From contig NC_045138.2 of assembly GCF_008831285.2 (NCBI RefSeq), positions 6,820,001 to 6,884,000 on the forward strand: DNA of 64,000 nucleotides, given 5' to 3'. Position 1 is the stretch's first letter. Each line of letters begins with the position of its first letter. Positions 12,301 to 25,500 of the stretch are shown here, in pieces. Under the pieces are notes generated by a model that saw nothing but the letters and a program-made list of their open reading frames with translations, ran no database searches and was not told the DNA's origin. Position numbers and translations under genes: made by a program. The DNA comes from Nymphaea colorata (lineage: Eukaryota).

Positions 12301-15300
12301 TCCAAGTCAGTTCACAAACTCTTTTGTGTTTTTTGCTGGTTAATTCAATTCATGAACTGAATTTGGTGACAATGGAACTTCGTACAATCACATATGATGT
12401 GTGTGTGTTTGTTTTGTATTAGCTAAAATGCATATATGTTCATCTTTCTTTGAGTTTATTTCTTTATTTACAATTGTCCTTTTGATGCACAAAACAATAT
12501 GCTAACTGACCAGATCCATCTTCCTTAAGGTAGCCAAAGGAGTGCATGAAACCTGAAAAATATTTGCACAAATTATTGAACAACTTCAGGAAATTTGTTC
12601 GAATACTAAAAGATATGCTTCCAGCTGTAAAATCTTGGAACAAAGATTGAAAAAGTAAATGTAATGAAACTATATTGAAGTAAGCTAAAAATTAACGTTA
12701 TCATGCATTTTTGCCAAGATTATGATAAAAAAAGTATGTTATTTTAAATGTGGGTGATATTGAGGGTTGCTGCATTCTGATATTTTATCAGCATATATCT
12801 ACACAACCATGTATTTATAAAACGTTGCTGGTATTTGTCGCTGTTTTCTGTTGGGTGAATCATCTACTAGGGAAGCTTGAAGGTTGGGTTTAAGGCTTTA
12901 TGTTGTTTCTCTTGCTCATGTTAGTCAATAAACATTAATCATTTCTGCACTATGGATTAGGAAATATGAGTCCAGTGCAGCTGTGGTTTACATGGTTGTC
13001 CTTTCCTTTATTTCTACATTTGACTTGTGTTTGCTCAAATGTTTTAATTGTTTCTTTTTTCACATAGATTGGAGTCATGAAGTGAAATCATATCTCATAT
13101 TACAGGGACATTGGAGGTTGCCACCCTAATTATATAAACTTCTATACACCAATGCAGGCCTCCTTGCAGTAACTTTTAAATTTGATAGGTTTTATTTTCA
13201 ATGCAAACAATGGACCACAAACAAAACTGGACATAGTATTCATGTTTACCTTACTCAATGTATAACTTTTGACTATTCATGGATTAATTGCAGCAATATG
13301 CCAAGCATGTTGGTTTGAAGAGGGACTTCCGCTTAGCAGCAAGGGGTGTTGCACAAAATATGGTAGCTGTTGCCAATGGTTCTGGTGAGAACACCATTTC
13401 CATGTAAAAATTTCAATATAATTGATATAAAGCTGCAAAATGCCATGTTCTCCATGCCAAGTAGTCATGTCCTAGAGAATGTCTTATTTTTTCTGTTGAT
13501 CGAAGGAAAATGTGTTTCTTTTTCAATTGGAGATAAAGGAGGTCCTTTCTGCATGACTTCTTACTTGAACATTTCAAACTGAAGATATCAAAAGCCTCAC
13601 TTTTTTAGATAGTTAGTAGATCCAATTTCAACGAGGAATAACTCAAGACTCATTGGTTTTTGTCCTAATTTAGGGACTTGGTCTCAAAGTACACGAACCC
13701 AAACCATCTAACTGGCTATAGCCTATATGTGTTGACTTGAAAACTCGTGCACATTTGTCCAGACATATGAACTAATACAAACACCCATGCACTGCTTCTA
13801 GTGAATAACTCCTAAAGCAAGTGGATATGGCAATGAGTATGTCTTCAGCAGGATAGTGCATAAATGGACATATTGAAACCAATGCAATACTAAAGTTTGG
13901 TCTTCAAGTAAATTGTTTGATCATGTAATTCTCATTTTGTTATTCATTTTTAAGAATTCAAATTTTATGATTTCAGCTTGATGTTTTTCGTTTAATCTTT
14001 TAACTTTCATATCACTTGAAGTACTTATACGAACTTGTATCCACTGTTATTATGTTTCTATGGACTTTTATTTAATAAAACAAACTGCTCTTTTTATAGG
14101 ATTTGAACTACTTAAATATTGAGAATACTTCACATTTATGTTTTAAGAAATAAATTTAGGTGAACTTAGAGAAATTATCAATAAAACATAGAACAAGTGG
14201 GTTTAGGAACTCATGGAATGGATACTTGACAAGTTGAGATGGAAGAATAGGACAAACGGCCTGCAGTTGCATGGGGGCAGGCTGCGCGGCAGCGCAGGGT
14301 GTGGGGTGGAGGAGGAGGGGAGGGAAAGAGAAAGAAAAACATGTTGAAAGAAGGTAGAGGATGAGGGATGGATTGTGAATGGCCTTGGGCTATCCTTTTA
14401 TGGAGGAAACTGGGCAGTGTTTGGTGTGTGGGCTGCATCCTATAAACAGCCAAACAACTGCCATGTACATTATATGTTCTGCTGCTGCAGAAATTTCCCA
14501 AAAATAGGTCTGTTAAAATGCATTTTTTCAAAAAAAAAAAACGAAATAAACGTGATAAATAAATTAACTGTAAAAATTAAAAAAAACGTCATTTTTTTTT
14601 TAAAAACACGTTGAAATGAAAAAAATGCAAAAAACAAGTTTTTGTGCCTTTTTCCTTTTATTCATTTTTTTCATATTTTTTTAATGTCAAACTGTTTTTT
14701 TTTTCATTTTTATTTGTTGCAACTATACTTATTTTTTTTATGTTTGTGTTATTACTTTCTCGCTTATTTATTTTCCTTTCATTTTTAGATTTTTTAATTT
14801 TTTAAAATTTAACCGTATTTTCCTGTTCTTTTCCCTTTTTTTTAACCTCGCCATATTATACCCAAGAAAAACCTTGCCGTTTAAAAACCGAGAAATTTTT
14901 TTTTTTACTATGCTATAGACTGATGTGGCCTGGCATGTGCCAGTGCTGGAAAAGGTTTGGTGGTTGTCGCTTGTCTGTGAGCAGATTTATGAGTATCAAG
15001 AGCATCTTTCCATTTTTGGATGTCGCTGCAGTGTGTTCTGCTGCAAAGTCATAACAACTTGGCAATGTCTGAGGGGTATTACGTTCTGCGGCTTGGCAAA
15101 GAACAAACTGGCGCTGGTGCAATTGCAGCTGTCATTGCAAATACCCTTGGTGGTTTGCGACTAACTGCAAGTGCTATCATGCATCACAAATGGGTTCCAG
15201 AACATCTTTCTAAAAATAGCATTGTTCGTTTCCATGTGCCACTTCAGGTAATTATTTCATTTGGAGCTTAGATTGCAAAAGCTGAAACACCATGAGCCAC

Positions 15301-16554
15301 TGCCTAGGGATATGTGCCACATGTTGCAAAAAATTATTGCCTGATGACTTTGCAGATCCTGCTCCTATTGTTCTAGTTTTGGTTAGCTCAAGGACTTGCC
15401 TAGGACTTCTACTATCCTCAAGGGCATCATTGGAGTTTTTATAACTCCGAGATGTATTTGAGTCTAAAAGATCCATCTGAATACTCAACCATGCTCAAGA
15501 ATGTGCTGTGCATCAAGTGGACATATGACTTTCAATTTCTTACAGTTACATGCATTTGTCATGTTTTATTAAATTCTTGGATGTTTCCCTTGTGTCATAT
15601 GGATTTTTAGTTTTAGAAGGATTGTTAGACTTCAACAATTCAGCTTACATATTTACATTTTTTTCTGTAGCTGATGAGGTTTTTATAATTAAGAGTGTGA
15701 TGCATAGGGCCTTCAAGACAATGATTGAGGTAAAAATTTAAAATTACTGCTTCTATAGTTAAGCTTTTCGGTCAGTACTTATTTGTTCATGGTTCCATGA
15801 ATTTTGACTTGTTTTTATTATCCTAGTAATGGTTTGTTGTTCTCTGATTGCTCACTTGCTTATTATAGGATCTTCTGAAAGATTTATCTAAAATCATTTT
15901 TAGTTTCTTTCTTTCAGATTCTGCGGCATGTCCTAAAATTGCACTTTCTTGCTTTTCTACATTGCAGATGCTTCCAAATCCAGTATATCTTTTTCAAGGC
16001 ATAGTCTTGCGTAGAGGTGCCAAAGGAACTGGAATGAAATCCATAGAACTAGCACTGTCTATGTGTGACACCGTTGACATATATGGGTTCACTGTAGATC
16101 CTGGCTATACTGAATGGTGAGTTCCTTTACATGTTTTTCATTTACTTATCTTCATCGTTTTCTGATATGTGCAATCTGTCTTATGGACTTCTGTACTTTT
16201 GTTTGTAGTGCCACTAGGTATAGTTAGTTAAATTTGAAAATGTATTCTCTTCTATAATTTAATACCTTCAATGGATATTTTTAAATTTTTGTTGTGCTCC
16301 CCTTTTCTTCTTTTGTCAGGTTATCGTTTATAATTGTATAATTGATTATACTTTATTTTCTGTTCATCACTTGAATCTCATTTTGCAACTTCATAAGCAC
16401 AAGCTGTATGTTCTTTCCTACTTGAATAAATCTAGTACCAGGAGGAATTTTTAAAGCCAAAGCATTGTTATCATCATGTAAACTATCTTTTGATGGGAGC
16501 TGACATGGGTGTCAATGTTTAAGCAGTACAACGTGTCAGAGATGTAAGTGTTTG

Positions 16555-16598
<44 letters not shown>

Positions 16599-19500
16599 TT
16601 ATTTGAAGTTTCTAAAAATGTAAGGTGGTAATTTCTCTTTGCCTCATTTACATCCTTTCTGAAAAAAAAGAGTGGAAGCAGTCACCTTCTCCTCCATCAC
16701 CCTGTCAAAGAAACCTTGGGCAGAGAGAGAGGAAATCTGTGTCACATGGTGGTGTCATTTAGCCTGCCACACACGTTCGCTGTGAAAGCAGCTGCTCCTT
16801 GGGCTCATCAACACTGAACGGGAGAAGAAGAAGAAGATGATGATGATGAGAAAAGGAGGAGGACGAGGAGGTTGAGGGATGAAGAAGAAGAAGAAGAAGA
16901 AAAATAAAGCAGAGGTGAAGGAGGTGGAGGAGGGACAGCTACTGGTAGAGAAAGAGAGATATTTGTACAAGGATTAGAGTTTCCTTTCTCTTTTTGGTTT
17001 TAAGCCTTTTTCATTTTCATAATTTAGAAATAAGACTATAAGTTTATACGGTTTATAAAACTTTCTCACTTTTGATAATTTACAATAAAACTTTTGAAAA
17101 TTTGTGGAAAGTTCTTTCTGAAATTCACAGAAAATTTTCTTTTAAAATTGATACAAGATTTTAAAACTATATGGGAATTGAGTAAAATCTTTCCAAAAAT
17201 AGGACTGGATTTTCAAGCCCCTTTCCCTTCCTATGATTCACCAATACTTGGGTGGACAAAATGGTTATGGAAAGGAAAAAAAAGAGAGAATAAACGTGTA
17301 GGTAAGGGAGAGAGAGTAAAGAGGGGGGTTCAAGAAATAAGTCCCAATAATGTATATGTAATGGTGCACCCATGTTTTTTTTTTCGAATGTCGCAGTCAG
17401 ACATGCACCTTGCACATATATGACATAGGAGAAGGTGGCTGTTAGCCACCGCTAACCTTGATAAACCCTTACAAGAGAGAAACCCAAATACACATGCACG
17501 CACTCAGCTCTAATCTCCAGATTAGGGTCTCTCCTCCCAAAGGAACACCCAATATCTTCTGCGATCCCTTAATTACAGCTGCCCCACCCTTATTTGTACC
17601 TGTTCCTGGGTCAGTTTAATGGGCCTGACCCGTGACCCAGGACCCGGTCCCTAACAATGCTTCCCCCTTGAAAAACACCTTATCCTCAAGGTGTGAGCAT
17701 GGAAAATGAATGCAGACGTTGAAAATTGTTTCCTTGATTTCGGCTGGACAAGGTGGTCCACCAACTGTAAGAACCTGTCTCAACAGCAATCCTGATAGTG
17801 TGAGTGCACTCTTGAAAATCTGCTTCTCAGGCTCAGAATCTTCCTCACCATTAGCACAACACAGCTCCATAGATAAATTGAAGCCAGTGGCCTGGTTCAT
17901 GGAATCTTTACATGCTTTATCCAACATACGCAAAAAGTCTCGAACTATGATGAACAGCCTTAAACCTTCATCATTTGCAGCGTTTCCATGAAAATAATCT
18001 GTTGTTCCCTTCACCAGCGACAATATCCTTTTTTCCTCAGACTGCAACCATGTAATTTCATTTTCTGCATGCTCTACAAAATGTGTAAGAGTCTATGAAG
18101 TGTAATTTTTTTCTATGATTTTCTTCTATGAATTGCATCCCTGAGTCCAAAAATTTCTTTGTTTTTAGCAGCATACCACCAAATTTTGATGCTGTACTTG
18201 TTAACATGTTAGCATCAAACAGCTGCCTTTTTCGCATCTTCAAGCTCATTCCCAATCCCAGATACTACTTGTAAGCCCAAGCTTCGGAAATGATCTTCCG
18301 TCTCAAAGGGTGCATTTTCTTAATTTTCCTCAGAATTCAGGGTAGACATACTCTCACTTTCTTTTGTTGCTTTGCTTGCACGGACACCTTCAGATTGCAT
18401 GATCTCTTGAACAACAAAGTGCAACAGAGTTGTTTTCCCATCTTTACATCAGCCAATTTTAATAATGTATCAAGTTTGAATCTTGAGCACTGCTACAGAA
18501 GGTCCCATCATTCATGCAGTTTCCAGATGTTTGAACAGCTCCCAGGAGTTTCCTAAAAAAACGATTGCCTTTGAGTTCTTCACAGGCTGCCTCTAAAAGT
18601 AGTAAAGGATGCTTTAATGTTAGTCATTTCCTATCCAAGAGTACACATAAAAAAACAATGCATCAAGCCGCTTAAAGGCAAAAGGTATGCCCACCGATGC
18701 CTCAAGAAACCATTCAGCAGACCCTAGCCGTGATAGTTCCCAGTATAGGTTTAGATTCTTCTTCAGAAGTTGGTTCCATCTTCAATAAGGTTTGAATTAT
18801 TTCGACATTGAGTTCATCACCATGTAGTTCAATCGACAGAGAGTTCATTTTCATTTTTGCGATGAACACTCCTTGTCGTCTGAATTCTGGTACGAAGACA
18901 CCAGCAAGTCCACCTATCCAGCCCTTAGCTAGTTCGTCAGCACATTTCTTGAACTCTGACATAAACCTCTCTTTAGGTGCCTCCATCCCTATGTCCTTGA
19001 CAAACGAAAGTTCTGCATCTTGTAGTACAAATCTCCATAGCTGGTTGCAAGTGGTTTGAGCAGAAACATATCCAAATGCTGAAAGTGCCAAATGAGGTAA
19101 TGGCCAGTGGTGCATTCTGAATATGCAATGATATAGCTCCCAGATTGCAGAGCTAACTGCACTTCCGTGATTTCCATATGACCAAGTCCAGCCAGAAAAG
19201 AAGGCAAAGCTGATTTAATAAAAACCAAGAACTTGTCTGAATCTGTGAAATCTGTTGCGAACAACTTCTGCAAACCTAATACAACTCCCTCTATGTCATG
19301 AGAAGAGTATGCACTCTTTGTGTTTGAAATCACCATCAATGTCTTGAAGAGTATGCCCTTTCTGAACTCTCGTTACACTCCTTGAAGGCATTAACAATAG
19401 CTATTGTGAATTTCAAAATCTGTGGTATATAAACTTCGTGAGTGCAGAACCTTTGACATGGTGATGACAAGGTGCTTCAGATAGTGTACAGTGGCTCTCC

Positions 19501-22500
19501 AAGCAGTCCAGAACCTGAAACTCTTGATAAATTTAGTTTTCCTTGGAGTCTGAGACTACTTTCCATCAATCCACAAAATGAAGTTATTGCCTGCTGTGCA
19601 AGGTGCTTCTGAAGTGCCTTTGATTGTGAATCCAATGGATAACCTTCCAATAGCAAAAGCAAGTAAGTTACCTGAGACACAGCACATCTCTTTTCACCCA
19701 ACCCAAAAATGACTTCATATATTTGGATAGATGTAGATTGTGGGGCATCCATACGCAGAATACTCAACACTCGAGCCATCTTCCTTGGATAGGTAACATC
19801 ATGTGCTGCTGGACTCCTACGTTCACCAATTTTAGTATCGTCGTTGGTGACTCTTTCACGCTCCTTGTTCCAAGGATCCTTGTTTGCTTCCTTCAGTGGA
19901 AGGACTGGTGCCGTCAACCCAAAAATGACTTCATATATTTGGATAAATGTAGATTGTGGGGCATCCATACGCAGAATACTCCACACTTGAGCCATCTTCC
20001 TTGGATAGCTAACATCATGTGCTGCTGGACTCCTACGCTCACCAATTTTAGTATCGTCAGTGGTGACTCTTTCGCGCTCCTTGTTCCAAGGATCCTTGTT
20101 CCAAGGATCCTTGTTTGCTTCCTTCAGTGGAAGGACTGGTGCCGTCAAGGACTCGACAAGCATTTTTTTGTTCTTAGTCAAGTATCTCTTCTGCTCCTCA
20201 AACTCCATTGCCGTCCCTTCAATACCTCCATCCTGGAACGAGTCGGCACTACCTGCCCCAATCGAGTGCTCGATGATGCTTGCTGCTGTGGCTCGACTCC
20301 AATGGGGCTTCTCAGGTTTACTGAGCCCCCTTTTTGCTTTCTAGTGTCACCATCCTTGCATCCTATGGCAGGGACGAAGGGATTGCCTGCATCAGCCCAC
20401 CTTGCCGCCCCTTTTTCTCATTTAAACCCAACTTCTGCCTTTCGGTAGACATTCCAGGGTCGACGTCCTCATGGTTTCCTGCTCCCAACAAGGTTGAGTT
20501 CTGTCCATTCTCTTCCTCCACTCCTTCCTCCTGCCTGCGGTGAATCTGGTCAGCGTTCTTGGCGCATTCTTCTTTCTGCCAGTTCTGGTCAGGGTTCTTC
20601 TAATTGCCGCAATATCCTATCAATCACTTGCTGCCTCACATACCTTCCCTTCCAGTGTTAAGGCTGTTGCCAGAGCGACCTGGTGCTCTGCTGATCTCCC
20701 CTCATTTGAATGATTAGAGGATCTTACCACTCTTTTATCCTGATACGAAGATGCAACAGAAACATCAGAAAATGTATGTGTACCTTGCCTTTTGAATGTT
20801 GGCGTGAGCTTCTGTAGGTCCTCTTCTTTGCTTCTTGTAATCCCTTGCATCACGACCTCTTTACAAAGGGAATTACAGTCGCTATCGTAAAACTCGAGTT
20901 GATGGAAGACCTTCTTAACCATTTCTTCATCTTGAGAGGCCGCCGCTATATGTGCTACTTGTTCTCCGTCCTTGTATGAGGACTCTGGAACGTTCACTGT
21001 ACTATTTAAAACCCTGCCAATTACTTTGTTGAGCAACTGTTCCAGCAAACCTCCAAAGACCTTTTGCTGGGCCATTATCACTCCCAATCCCTGATCCATG
21101 GATTCCAGGGGCTGCTTGATCCTCCCAACGCTCCTTTCCATCACCTCCATGTAATGGTCCATCATTTGGTGCTCTTCATCCAATTGGTTGCAGAAGGATT
21201 CAAGAGCTGTTTGATTCTCACATGAGAGATCCTTACAAGCTGGCACTTCTGGTCTGGCTAGGTTAGGAAGACGCCCAGCTCTGATACTATTGTTAGCCAC
21301 TGCTAACCTTGTGTTAACACCCCAAATTTTTTCACATCAAAATTGAAGCAATGTGAAAATTTCACAAAAGAATTGTGAAAATTTGCAATTTCAAAGCCAA
21401 TTTCGAATCTAAAGAACAATTAGATTCAAATCGTGAATTTAACCCGATACACGAATCCCAATGCAGGATTACAAGTCCAAATTCAATTGCAAATGTCATT
21501 TGAAATCCAAATCCAATTGCAAAATGCAAATTTTGACTTAGATCCAAGAATTGGATCTCATTCAGTCTAAAATGCTACGTGGGACCCACGTGTGGGCCCC
21601 ACCTAGCCCGTGTGGTCAAGAGCCCCCCCAGGGGCCATGCCCCCTCCATGTCAAAAAAATAATAAATAAATATTTTCTCTCAAATTAATTGAAGAAAAGT
21701 CATTTTCAAGAAGAAATAAAGGAGAAACCTAAGAAAAGAGAGACATAATGTCTCTCTCTCTTCTTTAACCAGGTCCTCATTAAAGAAAAAAATCATTTTC
21801 AAGGAAGCAATTACTAGACTGGTCAAACTCACCTAACCTACTTAATCCAAGTAGGTTTGACCCGGGTGCACTCAAATGTGGTGCCAATTCCAGCTAGGTT
21901 CGGTCACCATGGGCTCAACACAGTCAAAACGTAAGTCTGTCTCATGATCCAATTAATGGACGAAAATAGACTTTGACCGAACCAAACCCACTTTGACTAA
22001 ACTCAGTCAAAGTACAATTTAGCTCAATTAAGAGCTTTCTTGACCCAAATTTATCAAATTACCTCAAATAAAGTCAAACTACTTGCAAATGAGCTTTGAC
22101 TTTGGTCAATTGGTCGAAATTGATCAATTTGGACAATTTTGCCCTTCTGCGGTCAACTTAAGCCTAAAATGGTTTATGAAAGGCAAATAAACATTTGAAT
22201 TTGTCAAATGCATGAATCAAATACCAAATTTAAATTGAATTTCTCAAGTGAAAGTTTGATTCAGTTGAAATCCATTTTCAATCAAGTTTTGGACGAAAAT
22301 ACCCTTTTCGAACCAAATTTGATAAAATTTTTAAATTTTATTAAAATTTAAATTTAATTATCATAATTCAATGGCATTTGGAGCTTAGTAACTAGGTTTT
22401 AACCTTATAAGCTCGATTTGAAACAAAAAATAAATAAATAGTACAAAATAAGGGCAAAACCTTGTGCAAGGGCATTTTCGTCCAAAATTTTGGTCAAAAT

Positions 22501-25500
22501 GGTCACCTAGGTCTGAACCCATGTTGACCAAACCTAGCTCAGCCCACCTAGCTCGTGGAAATGGGCTGAGAAATGGTCAATTAGAGCCTTTAAAGTCTAT
22601 TTAACTCATTTTACAAGTCCCCAAGGTCTTAAGCAAGTTCTCAAGGTGAGTTAAGAAGGTGGTTGAACTCACCTCCTCCTCTATATAAACCTCCCCTTGG
22701 CCACCAAGGGGGGGACGAAATTTTGGAGCATTCTATCAAATTGCTGCAGCCAAGGACCTAGGAGGGAGAAGCCAAGGAAGAGAGAAGAGGTTCGTCCAAG
22801 CCCCCTTCCCCTTTTTCTCCCATTCTCTTCTTCACTTTCTTTTATTCTCCCCATTGATTTTGCTAAGTTAGGGTGCTTAAGTGAACCCTTACTTAGGATT
22901 TTCATGGTGAGAAGCCCTCTTTACCACTCCAAATTCCAGCAAGCAAGCTATTTCTTATTCTAGCTTTGCTAAGCTTGAATCCACGGTTGGATTCTTGCTT
23001 AGGATTGCTTGAGTAAGAAAACAAGTGAAGACGAAGGACAAACATCAAGACCGACCGCAAGGTAGGTGATCTTAACTCACTTCTCTTCTACTTTAGCTTA
23101 TTGTTGATTTATTTTAATTCCAGCAATTCGTGGGAGGGTTTATTTTCATTTGCTTACGGCTGGGAATGATGTCCAGCTAAGGGAAACCTACGCTTCAATG
23201 TACATGTTAATGCATGCATATGTCGGTTTTTCTTAAATATGAACCCAAGTATCAAATTTTGAAATGGGCCCCAAGGCCACGTCCCTTTCAAAGGAATCAA
23301 CTTAATACCATTTTGAACTCCCTACTATGAGAGAATCCCACGGTGAGAGAGTGATTTTGCTACATCACGTATGATGAAAATGCCTATAAGGGATGGATAC
23401 GTTTTTATGAATGTGATCCACCATTGCATGGCGAAATGATGACGAATAAGCTTGAGTATTGTTTTATTTTCTTTCTTATTCACAGTCATTTTGATTCATG
23501 TCTTTCAATTTAATTAATCAAGGGTAGTAGGGAAGATTTGAAACAAGTTTTCAATCTTCCTACATAAAAGAACCCAGCCATGAATCATCATGATTCATGA
23601 GTCATGCGGTCCCTTGATAAAATTTCATTTTGAAAAGTAAGGTACGTATATGTATACATTGTTATATATGTACATATATGTATCTGATTTCTTGTCAAAA
23701 ATTACATTCCTCCCTTAAAATCAGGTTGGAACATGTTTCCAAATCGGTTTTTAAGGAAATGGGCCATTTTTATTGATTTTCCTAGTGCAAGACTATGAAT
23801 CATTTTCATTTCATTTTTACTTAATTTCAGCAAATCCATACGTAAGATGTATGTATGTTGTTGAAATCAGATCATGTTTCATAGGAATTGGTTTAAGAAT
23901 GTCAAAGTTTACATATTTGAAATACCAACTATCCTAGAATCATCCAAAAGAGTTGACGATCTCATTACTATCAAATCTGGAATTTGAATCTATTTGAAAG
24001 ACTTGTCATTTCCATCTAAGAAACAACATATTTATTGGAATCAATGTCGACAATTTTCAGCTATTTAAATCAACACAATGTCTGATTTTTAGCTATTTTG
24101 AGACAAAAGTGGATGTCCTCCACGTCTCCCATCCATTTCAAAGATTTAACTTGACATCATTTATATATTTTCACCATTTTGATAATTTTATGTCAAGCCT
24201 CAAGCTTATGGACTACATCTCTAATTCATGTGCTTAATCATATAATGATCACATATAGAGAAAGTCCTACATTTTAATCAATCTTCATGCATAGATTGTA
24301 TGACGTGCAATACGGACTTTGAGAGATTATGGGGGAGTGAAGAATGTATGTTTCATATGAATGAATCTTGAGGAATTATGAGAGAGAGAAGAATAAATGT
24401 TCCATATAGTTTCCATTCTCGTTTCATGCATTCACTTTCACTCAAAATCAATGGCACCACATGCACATTCTCAAGAAATTAAGTGATTCAAATTTAAGTT
24501 GCAAAAAGTGACCAAGTCATATTGCAATGAGAATTTGTAAACCTCACTTAACTTCAAAAGAAAACACAAGCAATGCATTTATAATCTTTTGGCCAAAGTG
24601 CATTTGAAAAACAACATGTTTTCTAACAATTTGGAACCTATGTTCTTTCAAAAGAATGAATTCTACAAATCACATGATTTGACAAAAGAAGAGTTCAAAA
24701 TCAATTTTTATCATAAGATGATCATCATCATCTAGAGTTCACAACAAAGAACTCAATTCCAAATCTTCAAAAATCCTCAAGAATTATGTGTTTCAAATAA
24801 CACCAAAACAAAGGTTTTTTAAACCAACTTGAAAACCCCCAATATTCAAATTCATTTATTCAAAAAAATGAATTTCGGTTCTTGAATCCAAAACCTCAAT
24901 GCATAAGCATATAGGAACGGTCGAAAGGCGGCAGGAACAAGGAGGTCGAAAGGCGGCAGGAACGGTTGGACCGCATTTCGACCTCCTTGTTCCTGCCGCC
25001 TTTAACAGGTGTAATTAGACCAAGGACTAAGGATCATTTGGATCATATATGAGTTATTGATGTAAGTCCTATATGCTTATGCATTGAGGTTTTGGATTCA
25101 AGAACCGAAATTCATTTTTTTGAATAAATGAATTTGAATATTGGGGGTTTTCAAGTTGGTTTAAAAAACCTTTGTTTTGGTGTTATTTGAAACACATAAT
25201 TCTTGAGGATTTTTGAAGATTTGGAATTGAGTTCTTTGTTGTGAACTCTAGATGATGATGATCATCTTATGATAAAAATTGATTTTGAACTCTTCTTTTG
25301 TCGATTTGTAGAATTCATTCTTTTGAAAGAACATAGGTTCCAAATTGTTAGAAAACATGTTGTTTTTCAAATGCACTTTGGCCAAAAGATTATGAATGCA
25401 TTGCTTGTGTTTTCTTTTGAAGTTAAGGGAGGTTTACAAATTCTCATTGCAATATGACTTGGTCACTTTTTGCAACTTAAATTTGAATCACTTAATTTCT

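Noticed and set aside
14375..15271. Exon-like ORFs in GT29 intron 7
   Set aside because: Not needed for the in-frame GT29 model and no motif recognised; a BLASTX search would be required.
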